Below are positions 1 to 13,000 of a DNA stretch of 55,616 nucleotides, in pieces. The notes beneath the pieces are model-generated. The model worked only from the letters and a program-made list of their open reading frames with translations, ran no database searches and was not told the origin of the DNA. The stretch comes from Basidiobolus meristosporus CBS 931.73 (lineage: Eukaryota; Fungi; Basidiobolomycota), in NCBI GenBank assembly GCA_002104905.1, contig MCFE01000585.1, forward strand, positions 1 through 55,616, read 5' to 3'. Position 1 is the first letter of the stretch. Every line of letters begins with the position of its first letter. A program made the position numbers and the translations under genes.

Positions 1-189
1 TGTAGTTCAATAGTTTTCCCTTGACAAGCTTGAGGCTTTATCCCCCATCACATTAGATTAGACAAAAGACCCAGTATTCCTAGCAAGCTTTTGCCAGAGG
101 TTATTGCACCCAGTGAACACCCCACACACATTCACACTTGAGAAGTGTTGGCTGTATTTTGCCCTTTGGACTTATACACCACCACAGCG

Positions 190-3043
190 TATACAAAATT
201 TATCCTTAAGTGGGAAGAAGTATTTAATCACTTTTATTGATGATTATACAAGATACACATGGGTCTACTTCATGGAGAGAAAGGAAGAAGCTCTGTCTAA
301 GTTCAGGGAGTTTAAAGCCATGGTGGAGAGAGAAACTGGTGAAAAAATCAAGAAAATACGCTCTGACAATGGTGGAGAATATACCTCAAAACTCTTCATC
401 CACTTCTGCAAAATTCATGGGATAAAGCAAGAGACTACTGTACCATACTCCCCACAGCAAAATGGAGTAGCAGAACAAGCCAACAGATCAATAATTGATA
501 TGGCAAGATCTATGATCCATGATCAAAAATTATCATATGATTTTTGGGTGGAATCAGTTGCCACTTCTGTATACCTTAAAAATAGGAGTTATAACAGAAT
601 ACTTTGTGATTCCACTCCATTTGAAGCATGGTATGGGTGCAGACCAAGCGCAGAACATCTAAGAATATTTGGGTGCACAGCATATGCCAAAAAACTGGCC
701 GGAAATCAGTCAAAATTTGAGCCAAAAAGTGTAAAATGCATATTTTTGGGCTACTGCAATGAGAGTAAGGCATACAGACTCTACAATACCAAAGAAAAGA
801 AGCTTATCAAGTCCAGGGATGTGTTGTTTGATGAAAATTCAAAATTTTCACAAAAAATGACGTCAGATGATGACAAATATCTCATCTCAAATCCACCAAT
901 TGTCAGGATTGAATCAGAGCAAAACAATGAAGATTTTTCACTCCAGAGGAGTCTACAACCGTGGTTCAGCCAGAATCAGTGCCCAGGAATATCCCAGAAG
1001 TGATCATTCCAGTATCAAATGCCCGGAGATCCAATCAGACAAGAAATAGGCCAAATTACCATATCAATGAGGGTACAAACTTAGCCTATGCCTATTCAGT
1101 CCATATTGATGAGCCCCAGACTGTAAAAGAGGCCCTAAATAGCCCTCAGACAAAGTTTTGGAGATCAGCAATGACTGAAGAATATCAGGCCCTGATGGAA
1201 AATCAAACTTGGGACTTAGTCAAATTACCAATCAACCAAAAATCAATTGGATGCAGATGGGTCTTCAAGACAAAATACAAGGCTGATGGTAAAATTGAAA
1301 GATACAAAGCAAGACTTGTAGCCAAAGGATACTCTCAAACAAAAGGGCTTGACTATACTGAGACCTTTGCACCGGTAGCCAAGTTTAATTCCATCAGATT
1401 AATATTGGCTATTGCAGCCAAATATAAGTTTTTTATTCATCAAATGGATGTAAAAACTGCATTTTTGAATGGAGAACTTAATGAGGATGTGTATATGGAC
1501 CAGCCTGATGGGTTTGTTGACCAAAATAACCCCCATTTGGCTGGCAAGCTTAAAAAGTCACTATATGGTCTCAAACAATCACCAAGAGCCTGGAATTGCA
1601 AGATAGATTCTTATTTGGAATCTTTGAGTTTCAAAAGGAGCAATGCTGACTATAGTATATACTATAAGCCAGATAGAGCAAATCCAGTTCTATTAGCTCT
1701 ATATGTGAATGATCTTATTATAGCCACCAATAACCTAGAAACATTGGAAGAAACTAAATCCAGCCTATCTAAGGGGTTCAAGATGTCTGATTTAGGAGAA
1801 CTTAGTTACTACTGAGGAATTAAGTTTTCCATAGACAGAAGTACCCAGACTATCACCCTAAGTCAATCCAAGTATATTCAAGATATACTAAAGAAGTACA
1901 AAATGGAAGACTGTAAACCGGCAGCTAACCCAATGGAGACAAACCTTAACTTGGTCAAAACTCAACCAAATCAAGAGAGCTTGGTGCCATCTGAAAGCCC
2001 TGACTTTCCTTATCAATCTATGGTTGGCAGTCTGATGTATATCATGCTTGGAACACGTCCAGATATCTCATATTCAGTGGGAGTTGTCAGCCAACATAAT
2101 CAGAATTATGGATCTGATCATATTGCAGCAGTTAAGCGGATTTTTAGATACCTTAAAGGAACTGCTGATATCTGCTTAAGATAGATTTATAAGGATTCAG
2201 AAAAGGATCTTGTGGGATACTCTGATGCTGATTGGGGACAAAATTTTGAAGGCAGAAGATCCACCACAGTATACACCTTTCTTTAGTGTAAAGGAGCAAT
2301 TTCATGGAATTCAAGAAAGCAACCAACCGTAGCACTTTCCACCACAGAGGCAGAGTATATGGCAGCCTGTGAAGCTACAAAAGAAGCAATGTGGTTAAGA
2401 AAGCTGTTTACAGATTTAGGCCTATGTCAAAAAACACCTATTACTTTATTTCAAGATAATCAAGGATGTATACAATTAGGTAGAAATCCAACTTTTCATG
2501 CTAGAACCAAGCACAGACATATTAGACATCATTTGATACGTGATGCTATAGAGAATAACTTAGTTAGCTTAGTTTACTGTCCTACAGATGAAATGATTGC
2601 AGACATATTTACCAAACCATTAGCTAGAGACAAGTTTGAATATCTCAGGTCAAAATTAGGACTAGTCAGTATGAACATTTAGCTGAGTGGGAGTGTTGTA
2701 AAAATTTGTAATTCCAACTAAATATTCACCTAACTTAGTCACTTAGATCATCACCTTCAAATCCTAGAGAATACTGACCAAAATTCCTTGTTGGGATTTA
2801 CTTACAATATTTTCACCAAAATACCAGGTACCCAGAACATGATAATTCTCAAAGTTGTCCAAGCTGCCCCAAACTGGACACACATGTTCTTAGGACCTTC
2901 CTTAACCTATTCTATGTGTTTGTTATGCCAAGAACATGTATAAGTATAAATACTACTTTTACATTCAATAAATCATTAAGTGAAAACCACACAATCTACT
3001 TGTCCTCCCAATCACTTCCAATATCTCCAAGACTCTTACAACA
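190..3043 (+). mobile_element. Decayed Ty1/copia LTR retrotransposon, 5'-truncated copy 1 (integrase-RT-RNase H, PPT, 3' LTR)
   Basis: Near-identical to 45.6-48.45 kb of the full-length element, starting at about 190. Integrase FIDDYTR/RSDNGGEY and RT QMDVKTAFLNG are present. RT YVDD is mutated to YVND. A frameshift lies near 950 and stops lie at 1813, 2182 and about 2284. PPT CTGAGTGGGAG is at 2683-2693. Confidence 0.95.
2694..3043 (+). repeat. Copia LTR (350 bp, TGTTG...ACAACA)
   Basis: Follows the PPT, has TG...CA ends and is the same length and family as the LTRs at 43767 and 48105. Confidence 0.95.
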
Positions 3044-4561
3044 ATAAACGCCATTTGGTCTGCAAGCTTAAAAAGTCTCTATATGGCCTTAAATAATCAC
3101 TGAGAGCCTGGAATTGCAAGATAGATTCCTATTTGGAGTCTTTGAGTTTCAAAAGGAGTAATGTTGACTATAGTATATACAATAAGCCAGATAGAGCAGA
3201 TTCAGTTTTATTAGTTCTATATGTGGATGATCTTATTGTAGCTGCCAATAACCTAGAAACATTGGAAGAGACTATATCCAGCCTATCTAAGGAGTTCAAG
3301 ATGTCTGATCTAGCAGAACTCAGTACCTACTTAGGGATTAAGTTCTCCATAGACAGAAGTACCCAGACTATCAGCCTAAGCCAATCCAGCTATATTCAAG
3401 ATATACTAAAGTGGTACCAAATGGAAGACTGTAAACTGGCGGCTACCCCAATGGAGACAAACCTTAACTTGGTCAAAACTCAACCAAATCAAGAGAGCTT
3501 GGTGCCATCTGAAAGCCCTGACTTTCCTTATCAATCTACAATTGGCAGTCTGATGTATATCATGCCTGGAGCATGTCCAGATATCTCATATTCAGTGGGA
3601 GTTGTCAGCCAGCATAATTAGAACTATGGATCTGATTATATTGCAGCAGTTAAGCGGATTTTTAGATACCTTAAAGGAACTGCTGATATCTGATTAAGAT
3701 ACATTTATAAGGATTCATAACAGGATCTTGTGGGATACTCTGATGCTGGTTGGGGACAAAATTTGGAAGGCAGAAGATCCACCACAGGATACACCTTTCT
3801 TTACTGTAAAGGAGCAATTTCATGGAACTCAAGAAAGCAACCAACCATAGCACTCTCCACCACAGAGGCAGAGTACATTGCAGCCTGTGAAGCTACAAAA
3901 GAAGCAATGTGGTTAAGAAAGCTTCTTACAGATTTAGGCTTATGTCAAAAAACATCTATTACTTTATTTCAAGATAATCAAGGATGTATACAATTAAGTA
4001 GAAATCCAGCTTTTCATGCTAGAACTAAGCACAGACATATTAGACATCATTTCATACTTGAAGCTATAGAGAATAACTTAGTTAGCTTAGTTTACTGTCC
4101 TACAGATGAAATGATTGCAGACATATTTACCAAACCATTAGCTAGAGACAAGTTCCAATATCTCAGGTCAAAATTAGGACTAGTCAGTATGAACATTTAG
4201 CTGAGTGGGGGTGTTGTAAAAATTTGTATTTCCACCTAAATATTCACCTAACTTAGTCACTTAGATCATTACCTTCAAGTCCTAGAGAATACTGACCAAA
4301 ATTCCTTGTTGGGATTTACTTAGAATACTTTCACCAAAATACCAGGTACCCAGAACATGAAAATTCTCAAAGTTGTCCAAACAGCCCCAAGCTTTGCACA
4401 CATGCTCTTGGGACCTTCCTTAGCCTTTTTTATGTGCTTGCTATGCCAAGACCATGTAAAAGTATAAATACTACTTTTACATTCAATAAATCATTAAGTG
4501 AAAATCACATAATCTACTTGTCCTCTCAATCACTTCTAATATCTCCAAGACTCTGACAGCA
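3044..4561 (+). mobile_element. Decayed Ty1/copia copy 2 (3' half of RT, RNase H, PPT, 3' LTR)
   Basis: Starts in mid-RT (ATAAACGCCATTTGGTCTGCAAG) directly after the previous LTR. ORFs 3133-3621 (YVDDL) and 3730-4200 (RNase H) are separated by stops. PPT is at 4201-4211. Confidence 0.93.
4212..4561 (+). repeat. Copia LTR (350 bp, slightly decayed end ACAGCA)
   Basis: Aligns end to end with the other LTR copies. Confidence 0.92.
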
Positions 4562-4623
4562 GTTAAGACTTTGTTTACACCTAAGCCACTCATAAGAAAT
4601 ATGATTGTATTGAGATTTTAGCT

Positions 4624-4902
4624 ATGTTATGACTTGTCTACTACAACTTAGTTTCTACAATATTTACCAATTCTCATAATTAGTCCAGGCCTGAAGGTTG
4701 ACATTATTCTCAAGCTCATCCTAATGCCCCTCAACTTTGCACACAGCTTCTTAGGACCTTCCTTGAAGTTCTCCTTTCACAGGTTCATGAAGGTCTCCTG
4801 AAAGTATAAATACCTCACTTGAACACAATAAAACAGCAAGTGAGTATTGTCATGTTGTTGTAGTTCTCAAAAGCAGTTCAAATACTCCCTAGAGTCTTGT
4901 AA
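4624..4902 (+). repeat. Highly degenerate LTR of a related copia family (approximate limits)
   Basis: Shares CTTTGCACACA..TTCTT.GGACCTTCCTT, AAAGTATAAATAC and CAATAAA blocks, in the same order, with the 350-bp LTR. Confidence 0.6.
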
Positions 4903-5700
4903 TGGTTTGAAGAACTGTAAGATACTGCTCTTCACTGGTATTCTAGTATATCTGACTTATTTTATTAGCTGAAGTGGTTTATTTGAATAAGTAAATGTCC
5001 TAAATATAGCAATATTGACAGATCAACAGGTAAGTTCCAAAGTATCCCTTGAGCTTTAGTTTGACTGGTTGCAAAGTGTATGTAACCAGTAACAGGAAAG
5101 ATTTACGCCTAGGGTAATTGGAATCAGCCATTTTGGAATACATATGAACTCGCTTGATACAGATCTTTATGCCAAGTGTGAACTTCAAGAGTCTGAGTAG
5201 TTGAGTGCAATACAAGCAAAATTGCAAATATTATTTCTATATCAACCCATTTATACCTCTAGTAATAGCATGCTAACATTCTGATGTTGATAGAACCCTA
5301 TACTTTGATATTTCAAGGATTTGATTACCCAGTGGTATAAGAATCCAAGTCACATTAATGACTGATTGATTAGTATTATCTACCAGATTGATAACTGTAG
5401 ATATGGGATCTGGAGGGGGGGGGAGGGGTAATGTAATAGGCTTCAAACAAGAAATTGAAGTGAATCTCTATTCGCAGCATAATCAATATTGTCTACCAGT
5501 TACCGGATGGCGATTGCGCTGAATGATACGAACCTTACGTCAGAGATAATAAGTCATGGATTCCAAGGCTTAGGAAGTCTGAAATATCATGGAAATAGTC
5601 CATGTTTGAACACCCTTTAGATTTTCCAGTTCGCCCTACTTTTCAAATACCATTATTGATTGTATACTTCCCCTTTGCATCCAACTTGGCCCCACATACA

Positions 5701-7019
5701 ATGCCTCCTTCCTCTCCGCCTTTTCCAATTCCAGAGCTCGACCCTCGCATGCCAAAAGCGCCGACACAAGAAGAGCAGACACCCAGGTCTATGCCGAAAC
5801 CTCCAGGCGTTAGGTCAATCAATATGCCAAGGCCTCCAACAGTAGACCAAACTTCAACTCAGATGCCACAACCGCACATTCCTCAAAACACTCGGGCTAC
5901 TTCCAAATACCAGTCGATAGATTCGACCAATAGACCCCAGAATACCGTCTCCTTTCCTGAACCTATTACTGAAGCCTCAACCTTAGGGCTCCAGAATAAC
6001 GGAGTTTCCAGCGAGCACAGTAATCGTCCCCCCGGAAAGATTTTTTTCCCCCAACCCGAGTTACCGGACCATTTGACAACCACCGAAGCCATTCGAATGC
6101 CTACCGTCGAGGTGCCCAACTTCTCGATTCCTTTGGCTCAGCCTGCTGGGGAAATGCCCAGATTTCCGGTCCCAGAGATCTATCTAGGGTCTGGGGAGAA
6201 CGAGGAGGGTTGCGAGGAGGGTTCAGCAGAAGAAACCAGCTTTTCTGACAATGATTCCAATATGGTAGGGGTTGTGCCCGTAACTGATGACCTATACCCG
6301 CCTTTATTCTCAGGTTATCCACCAGCCAAACCCTCGCAGGTGGCAGCCTTATCCGATCTGACCGGGAGAAAAGATCTCGGCCAATTTGAGTGGGTTTATT
6401 CAGTAGATGGGTGAGTGAATACTTTTCCTTTGACAGCATATCGGATGTTGATCTTTGGTGATCTCGGCTCCAGATATATCCCACCCGAGGCGGTTGGTTG
6501 CGGCAAAGAGGTCAATGGAGCGCCGCTGTACGTCGCTCGTAGAGACTACAAGAAAGTCACCCACGTTGGCCTTGTAGGCCCTCATCTGAAAGGAATCCGA
6601 TTCACTCGAAAGAGTAAGTGACGTGTAAAGAGCACTCTCTGTTGCTTCACTATACTGACACACCGTTGCGGGTGTGCAGACTCGGTTCTGAAACAGAAGG
6701 CATGCTATGTATTATGTGGAAATATTCAAGGCCTCCGATGGATTAAGCATATGGGCTCCTTCAAAGCAGCCGGTGAGGAATTGGTTCAAGCCGGAGTGAC
6801 GGAGAATGGTAAACCAGTAAGTCGCTCTCGCACACCCCTGCTCATGCTATGGAAACCAGCTTAACCTCGTAACCTCAGATACACATCGGTATTGTTGATT
6901 ACCGTGGCGGGATTTACATCGGTGAAGTCGGTGAACATATCCAAGGTGGCATGTCGTTCGCATATCAAAGCAAGAAGATCATCGCTCCAGATTTTTACTA
7001 TGTTCTCGCATATAACTAG
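5701..7019 (+). CDS. DM9-repeat (DUF3421-like) protein with long Pro-rich/acidic N-terminus; 4 exons (5701-6410, 6474-6613, 6680-6816, 6879-7019)
   Basis: Three GT-AG introns splice in frame. The C-terminus reads WV..DGYIPPEAVGCGKEVNGAPLYVAR..., CYVLCGNIQGLRW..., VQAGVTENGKPIHIG...YYVLAYN*, i.e. two DM9-type repeats. Confidence 0.8.
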
Positions 7020-9520
7020 TCGACCTCTATTGTAGCTAGAGTGTGTAGAGCTAGAACATGGCATTTCTCGCAGAGTCTGTATATAAATGTGCGTGTTATT
7101 TCCCTAGTTACTGATAAGGCCTGCTGATATGCGTGGTAAACTCCTCCTATGCTCTCTCTCTCTCTCTGTCGCTCTATTAGCTCGGTCAACATTTCTACCC
7201 ATATCTCTTCTTTTCTGCTTCCCCAACGGCGAAAGGCATTACTTCAATTACATGGCTCAAGAAGAACCAAGTGGCATCCTCGGTTGCATTTGTCGAGGGG
7301 CTGTCTCGTGGCAAGTAGGGGATTTACTTCGGTGCATCAATTATATTAGTAATGCGCTTCAGCACTAAGGCGTGCAGTTGAATGGCAAGTATGGATGCAA
7401 AGCACCGAAGCGGCAGGCATTTTTACCGAGTCCTTCAATTGGACTCCTAAATACGTAGATCCTTTTGAAAGTAGAATGACCCAAACCAATAGGATGATAT
7501 GGAAAGCACCTTTATTTGCTCGCCTGATTACAGTGACGTAAATGGACCCTTCCACCCGGCCCAGGGGAAAATTTTCCTGGCCGGTTTCCCAACTCCATAG
7601 CTACCGGATTGTGTTGCAAGGCCGACCGAAAAGGGTAAGCATTGCTGGTGCTTCCATTTAGGCAAAACTCCAACCCCTTGATTGGAAAATGACCGGCGCT
7701 TCCCATGCTGACTTGGAAGAACTGTTCATGGCACAAGGGCTTTCTTTGGAATCCGTGTGAATGAGGAATCTATACTATTTTGGAATGTTCCACAGGAATG
7801 GGTGTATAAGCGCTATGCACAATATGTTCTGCTGAACATCATCTGATGAGCGCCTCACCAATTAGATCATACATCGTCTCATTCGGAGGGTAAGACAGCC
7901 AAATCCGCTCGATCGTTTCCGTAGGGTTAGGGCTGAGGCTCGGGCTCGGGCTGGAGTGGGGCATCCAGTTGACCTCCATAACATTAATTTGGTTTACAGC
8001 TAGGCTAGACTAGATGGTAGTGCATACCCCACCAAGAAGCAGCCCTCCGCTCATACGAGTGATTGATTTGGACCGTCTGCTGCACAAAAAGGAATCTCCA
8101 AACGACGCGAGATCAATGGGAGGAGGCCAAATAGCTCGGACCGATTCTCAAGTTCTGATAGCTCCTTCCTCATCAAGCGGCGAGGGTCTCGGGAAAATAA
8201 GCTTGCGAGATAAGCTATGTCAGAGTTCGTGACTTATCTGGGTCCATATACGAAGTAAGCTTAAACTACCCTTCGGGCCCACCTCGCTACATGCCACTGG
8301 GATGCCGCAACGCGATTATGCTTTGACGCGCATCCACCCTGGAAAAAAATGGCTCCTGGGTTTTCAGTGAGATATCACTCGATACCAGTGCGTTGAGTGT
8401 CAAAGCGCATCCGGCCACGCCGCTTAGGTAGCCGGAATCTGCGGCCTCTCATGCGCCTCCAATTCATCGTGTTGGCTCGCTGTGGGAGGCATTAGTCCCT
8501 CACATCACAGTTGCTGCTGATCAGACGATGACTCTTGCATCGACAACCATCTGCAAATCTGGCAATTGAAGAAAGTTCGACGGAATGGGACGGCGTTCAA
8601 TAACGGAATCCCCCACATGCATCTTGGTTTCAATCGGATTGGGCATTGGTAGCGGGATTTTGGCCTTGCCCATCACGCCTACACGTATCATCCTGCGGCT
8701 GGTTGATTGTGCCAGCCTGACTGACCACCATGGTCTATGTGCCATAGGCTCTCCTCAGATCAGGGCCTATTTCAAGCAACCGCTCCTCAGTCCACCTTGT
8801 CTCAGAGCTCATGCAATCGCTGGGCATGATCCGACCCGCCCCCATTGGGCACTCTTGCATAATGATGTGGTCTGTACTCACTGATAGGACCAGAAATCGG
8901 CTGGACTCAAGGAATATACCCGAGTCTTTCTACACCATTGAGCGAAATCACGGCTGCCATTTCAGGAAACCAAGGCTGCGAGGGCAAAGGCTTGATTGAG
9001 TGGTCAGCACGGTCTATATGTGGTCATCCTAATCCCATCCCAAAGCAATTTCCACCGAATGGACGTGGTACAGTATGTGAGATCGTGCCTAAAGAACTTC
9101 CATTAGATCAAGTTTAGGATGCCGCTGATGTACAGCCCAGGTTTGAATCCCCTCGACCACAATCACTGGCCATCTTACATAATTGGGTAGAGTCGATACA
9201 CAGGATTTCCATTTCGCCGCTGGAATGTTCCAAAGCACCGACGAACACGATTCTTCACCTGCTGGCGTCTGGATAGATATATGGCCACTATTTCAAGGGA
9301 GCTGTCCTTGGGCAGGAGCATCGCCAGTCCGCAGATTCATGTGTACAGTGTGAAATCGTTTATTTACATACAGAGCTACTAGGGAAACAATCACAGCGGA
9401 AATTATGTCTGGGAGCAGTGGTTTACATGGAATTAGGTGGGCGTGAAGAATGCAATGAATGGTTTGAATGTGGTGCTAGAGTAGGAATTAATATTCTCTT
9501 CGAGACAAAGGGTGCTTATG

Positions 9521-10099
9521 TCACCATCCTTCGAAGTAAAGGCCAGCTTGGAGTAAATTCCGGTAATCATTGAGAAAAACACGAACGTCTTCGGAGTCCA
9601 CAAAGAGTTGATAACCAATGAGGCTGAGGAAGCATCGCTCCATCTCGTTGATTTCAAACAGAGTGAAGTATCCATCGCATAGACTGGCCATCTTGCAGTT
9701 CTCTATGGGGCGATCGTTCAGAAACTTGCTCGCCGAGAGAACCGCAGCCAGAAAGATTTTGTACGGGGTCTCGTAATCCCCTCTGGCGGAGGGCGGAAGC
9801 GATTTGTGCAGACGTTCTACGTATACCAAGGAAACTATGATTGTTGGGAGTGAGAGCTTGGTGCGAATGGTCATTAACTTGACGAACGCCTCCAAACTTG
9901 GGAGGTCAGGTCGGGCGGTGTTTGTCTTTTCGCACTGAAGAGCAGCCTCGACTCTGGAGGCAGCGAAGGTCATCAGGGCATCTGGGTCTCTGAGAAGAGA
10001 CTTCGAGAGCTTGATGGGCGACTTGAGGTCAGCGCCGTGAAGGCTGGACATCGTTCCAGGCAATGGGTGGCAGTTGTATTCGGGAACACTAACAGCCAT
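9521..10099 (-). CDS. Pho85-type (Pcl1/2-like) cyclin
   Basis: Cyclin-box pattern LPSLEAFV...TIIVSLVYVERL...YKIFLAAVLSASKFLND...EINEMERCFLSLIGYQL. Intronless. The start could alternatively be the ATG at 10051. Confidence 0.85.
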   Translation of the reverse strand: MAVSVPEYNCHPLPGTMSSLHGADLKSPIKLSKSLLRDPDALMTFAASRVEAALQCEKTNTARPDLPSLEAFVKLMTIRTKLSLPTIIVSLVYVERLHKSLPPSARGDYETPYKIFLAAVLSASKFLNDRPIENCKMASLCDGYFTLFEINEMERCFLSLIGYQLFVDSEDVRVFLNDYRNLLQAGLYFEGW

Positions 10100-13000
10100 T
10101 GCTTACGTTGTATATGGATATATGTATGTTGTACTGGGTGATCGAAAAGTAACGTAACAAATTTTCGTAGAGTACTGTAACAGACTCCTGGGCTCAAGAG
10201 CGAACTGTTTCGCAAAATGGAATGGGATTTAGAAGAGACAAAATCAAATAATGAAGGGTGGCCACAGGCGAGCTGAAGTCTTTTATAAGGCATGATGCTC
10301 GTGTCATATTCCGATCAACACAAAGAGGGAAATATGACTTATCAGCCAAGTGATACGATAGAACTGCATTGGAGAAGCAAATATGTTGCTCCATCCAACC
10401 ATAATAAGTAGCAATCCCCTACCTCTAAATTCGTCAAATGGAATCTATTATAGCAATATACACTTGCGCTTTCATGCAACACCAAGTGATGTCTTCTGAT
10501 CAAATCAGTATGCAGGACATTATGCTATTTAATGAAATCAATTGCGATATTAATAAGACTTCCTCATCGACATGAACGGCTTGAAGCGACAAACACACCA
10601 ACACGAAAAATATCCATTCCTGGAATCTGAGACAACAAATCACCCAACGCTCTAATGGGAATTCCATCAGACCGATCCAATATCGAAATAATGGAATTCA
10701 AGCCGAGCCTTTTATGGGCAGCGATGATATCGCACTTGGTTGATTCCTGCCACCATGACTCAATCCCATCGGCATCTCAGACATTCCATTGAGCGAAGAC
10801 ACGGCAGAAGCGCTGTGGACGCCCGAATGCCAATGTATTTTCCTATTTACCGCTATCGCTGAGCCTTTTTTGTTTGGGAGGCAGGAAATTGGCAACGAGA
10901 TACACAGCCCATTAGATGGGTTTCAGTGCTTGCAGGTGGAGAGTCTGGCAGTGCCAGGAATATCAATCAACATGAATGGCGGATCACATTTCGGCTATTC
11001 ATAGAAAGTTCATTTAGAACCGCCATCCAGCAAAGAGTCTGACTCGGACCATGATGTCTCACCCGCGTATCCCAGCAACGCCCAAACCCTCCTCTACGTG
11101 CGGTGGGTTCCCAGCTACAGCCTAACCCTTGCTGGCCGTTCTCTAGGCCGAAGTCGCCTCTCCATAGCACCAGCAGTATGTGTCCCGACTACCTCAAAAA
11201 CTGTACCACCTGCTGGCTGATTGCATAAGAATCAAGGATCGGAGTGAATATGGATACTGGACGTGACACATGAAAAATTAGCTACCCCATCTTTCCTTGG
11301 TATTCGGCAGCATATTTTGGATATTTAGGACTAACGCTAGAGGGGGAAAATATTCTCTCTGTAGCACTGTCCATGATTTAGCCGGCGCTAATAGTCATAT
11401 GTAGCCGATATATTAAAGGTGATACTATCGCCTAATCTACCGGTTTTTTATTCACATATCATTAGTATCGGGGATATGTCCAGCGTCAGGAGATTTGCCC
11501 AATAGCCACAGTCCTGGGCAATGTGGAACAAATAGTGGACGCACTGCTTATCATTTGAACGGAGAAGATTACGCGAGTACCTTGGCCACTCGTTTATTGA
11601 CGACAGACGGGAAAAGTGCACGACGATTTTAATCATAGCTGCACCGCTTCCATGTCGATCATCACCCTGAGGAAAAGACAGGCACCTAGGCTGAGGATCA
11701 TATGAAAATGAACAGGATGTGCTATATTCAGAAGCCTTGATGATTCCGTTTGGGGTAACCCTCAAACGTTGATAGAGCAGGTATTGGAGCAGAACTACGA
11801 AGCCTTTCAGTGACAGAACTGTCGCCTATCAGTTCACTGCTCTCCTAATAATGTTGGCCAGAGATGAACGGGTTTGCTAATCAATCAGCACTAAAGAAAT
11901 CAAATCGCCATTCTCGTACAACGGAGTGATATCGTGCCTCTAGTTTGCAATATTTCTACCAAGAGCTAGCACCCACTCTCGGTTGGCTGAATGGAGCGGA
12001 TTGTTTAATACGCACATGGATTAGTCATTACTTTGGAAATAGATATCAATTCAAACGCTGTATAGCCGGATAGATGTTTTTCCGTGTGACGTGAATTCGC
12101 CAGTCTGAGAACCCTAATAATACCAGTCATGTGTGAGATATGTAGTTCTGAAGTAACCTTAATAAATCAAAAGTTGTGGGAAAGTTTACAGGAAATAGGA
12201 TCCCTTCCCCCTCTTATCGATCTAATTGGAGGGTCCACCCACTAGCGCACTCTTCCAGAACACCTGGGCAAATCGAATGACAATTATATATATAGAGTAG
12301 TCATCAACTTCCATTTGCCAACCATCTTCTACCATCTATCAGACTATGGGTTGATAGCCAATGGAAATCTCAGCATGGATGCATCTTTGTGACCACGGGC
12401 ACCGTTGGGCAGCGATAAGCTGAAGTTGTATAGAATTACCAAATCAAATTGTTCCCCGACTTCGTCAACGGTTGAATAAATCAGGGACAGTACGAATTGA
12501 AATACCGCTAGCCATTCTGTGGGCACTTCTGTCTTGCTAATTTCCACCATCAACAGTTGATATGGTGCACAATAGCAAACAGGTTTCATTTTAATTAACT
12601 TCCATATTCTCAATACTGATAGTAGAACCATCACAGCCAACGAGCAATTGATAACGAGCCTTCACCCTGCACTCACATCAGCCCTGCATACACGTAATGT
12701 GCATTGACTGTCCCCCACAAAATGTAAGCATCCGTACCTCCCTGGCTAGGAGGAAACTTGGCGGTTTCGGGACATACAACCAACAGTAAAGTCCCATAGG
12801 CACCAGGTGTGTATTTAGTCTCATTTGGACTGGCTAGAGTGGCTTGCTGTTTGGTAATTTCGATTTGTGAATGATTCTTGGATTGATTGGCAGGTATCAA
12901 CCAAGTGCTCAGCAAAATTGTCTTGGTGCTGTGACGTGGAATATCACTCATTACTATTAATAAGCGGTGATAGTGAGGACTTAATTCTATTTATGGAGTG

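Noticed and set aside
1-189. Sequence upstream of the truncated copia copy, included in supplied ORF 104-1003
   Set aside because: It has no similarity to the full-length element and no recognisable motif in any frame I translated. The ORF's N-terminus is a chance read-through.
7924-7961. GGGTTAGGG plus GGGCTC-like short repeats (possible G-quadruplex or interstitial telomere seed)
   Set aside because: Only 1.5 telomeric units, with no junction motif or element context. Chance or an ordinary promoter site is sufficient.
9085-9165. T-arm-like GGTTTGAATCCC suggesting a tRNA
   Set aside because: No acceptor stem, D-arm or anticodon arm could be folded.
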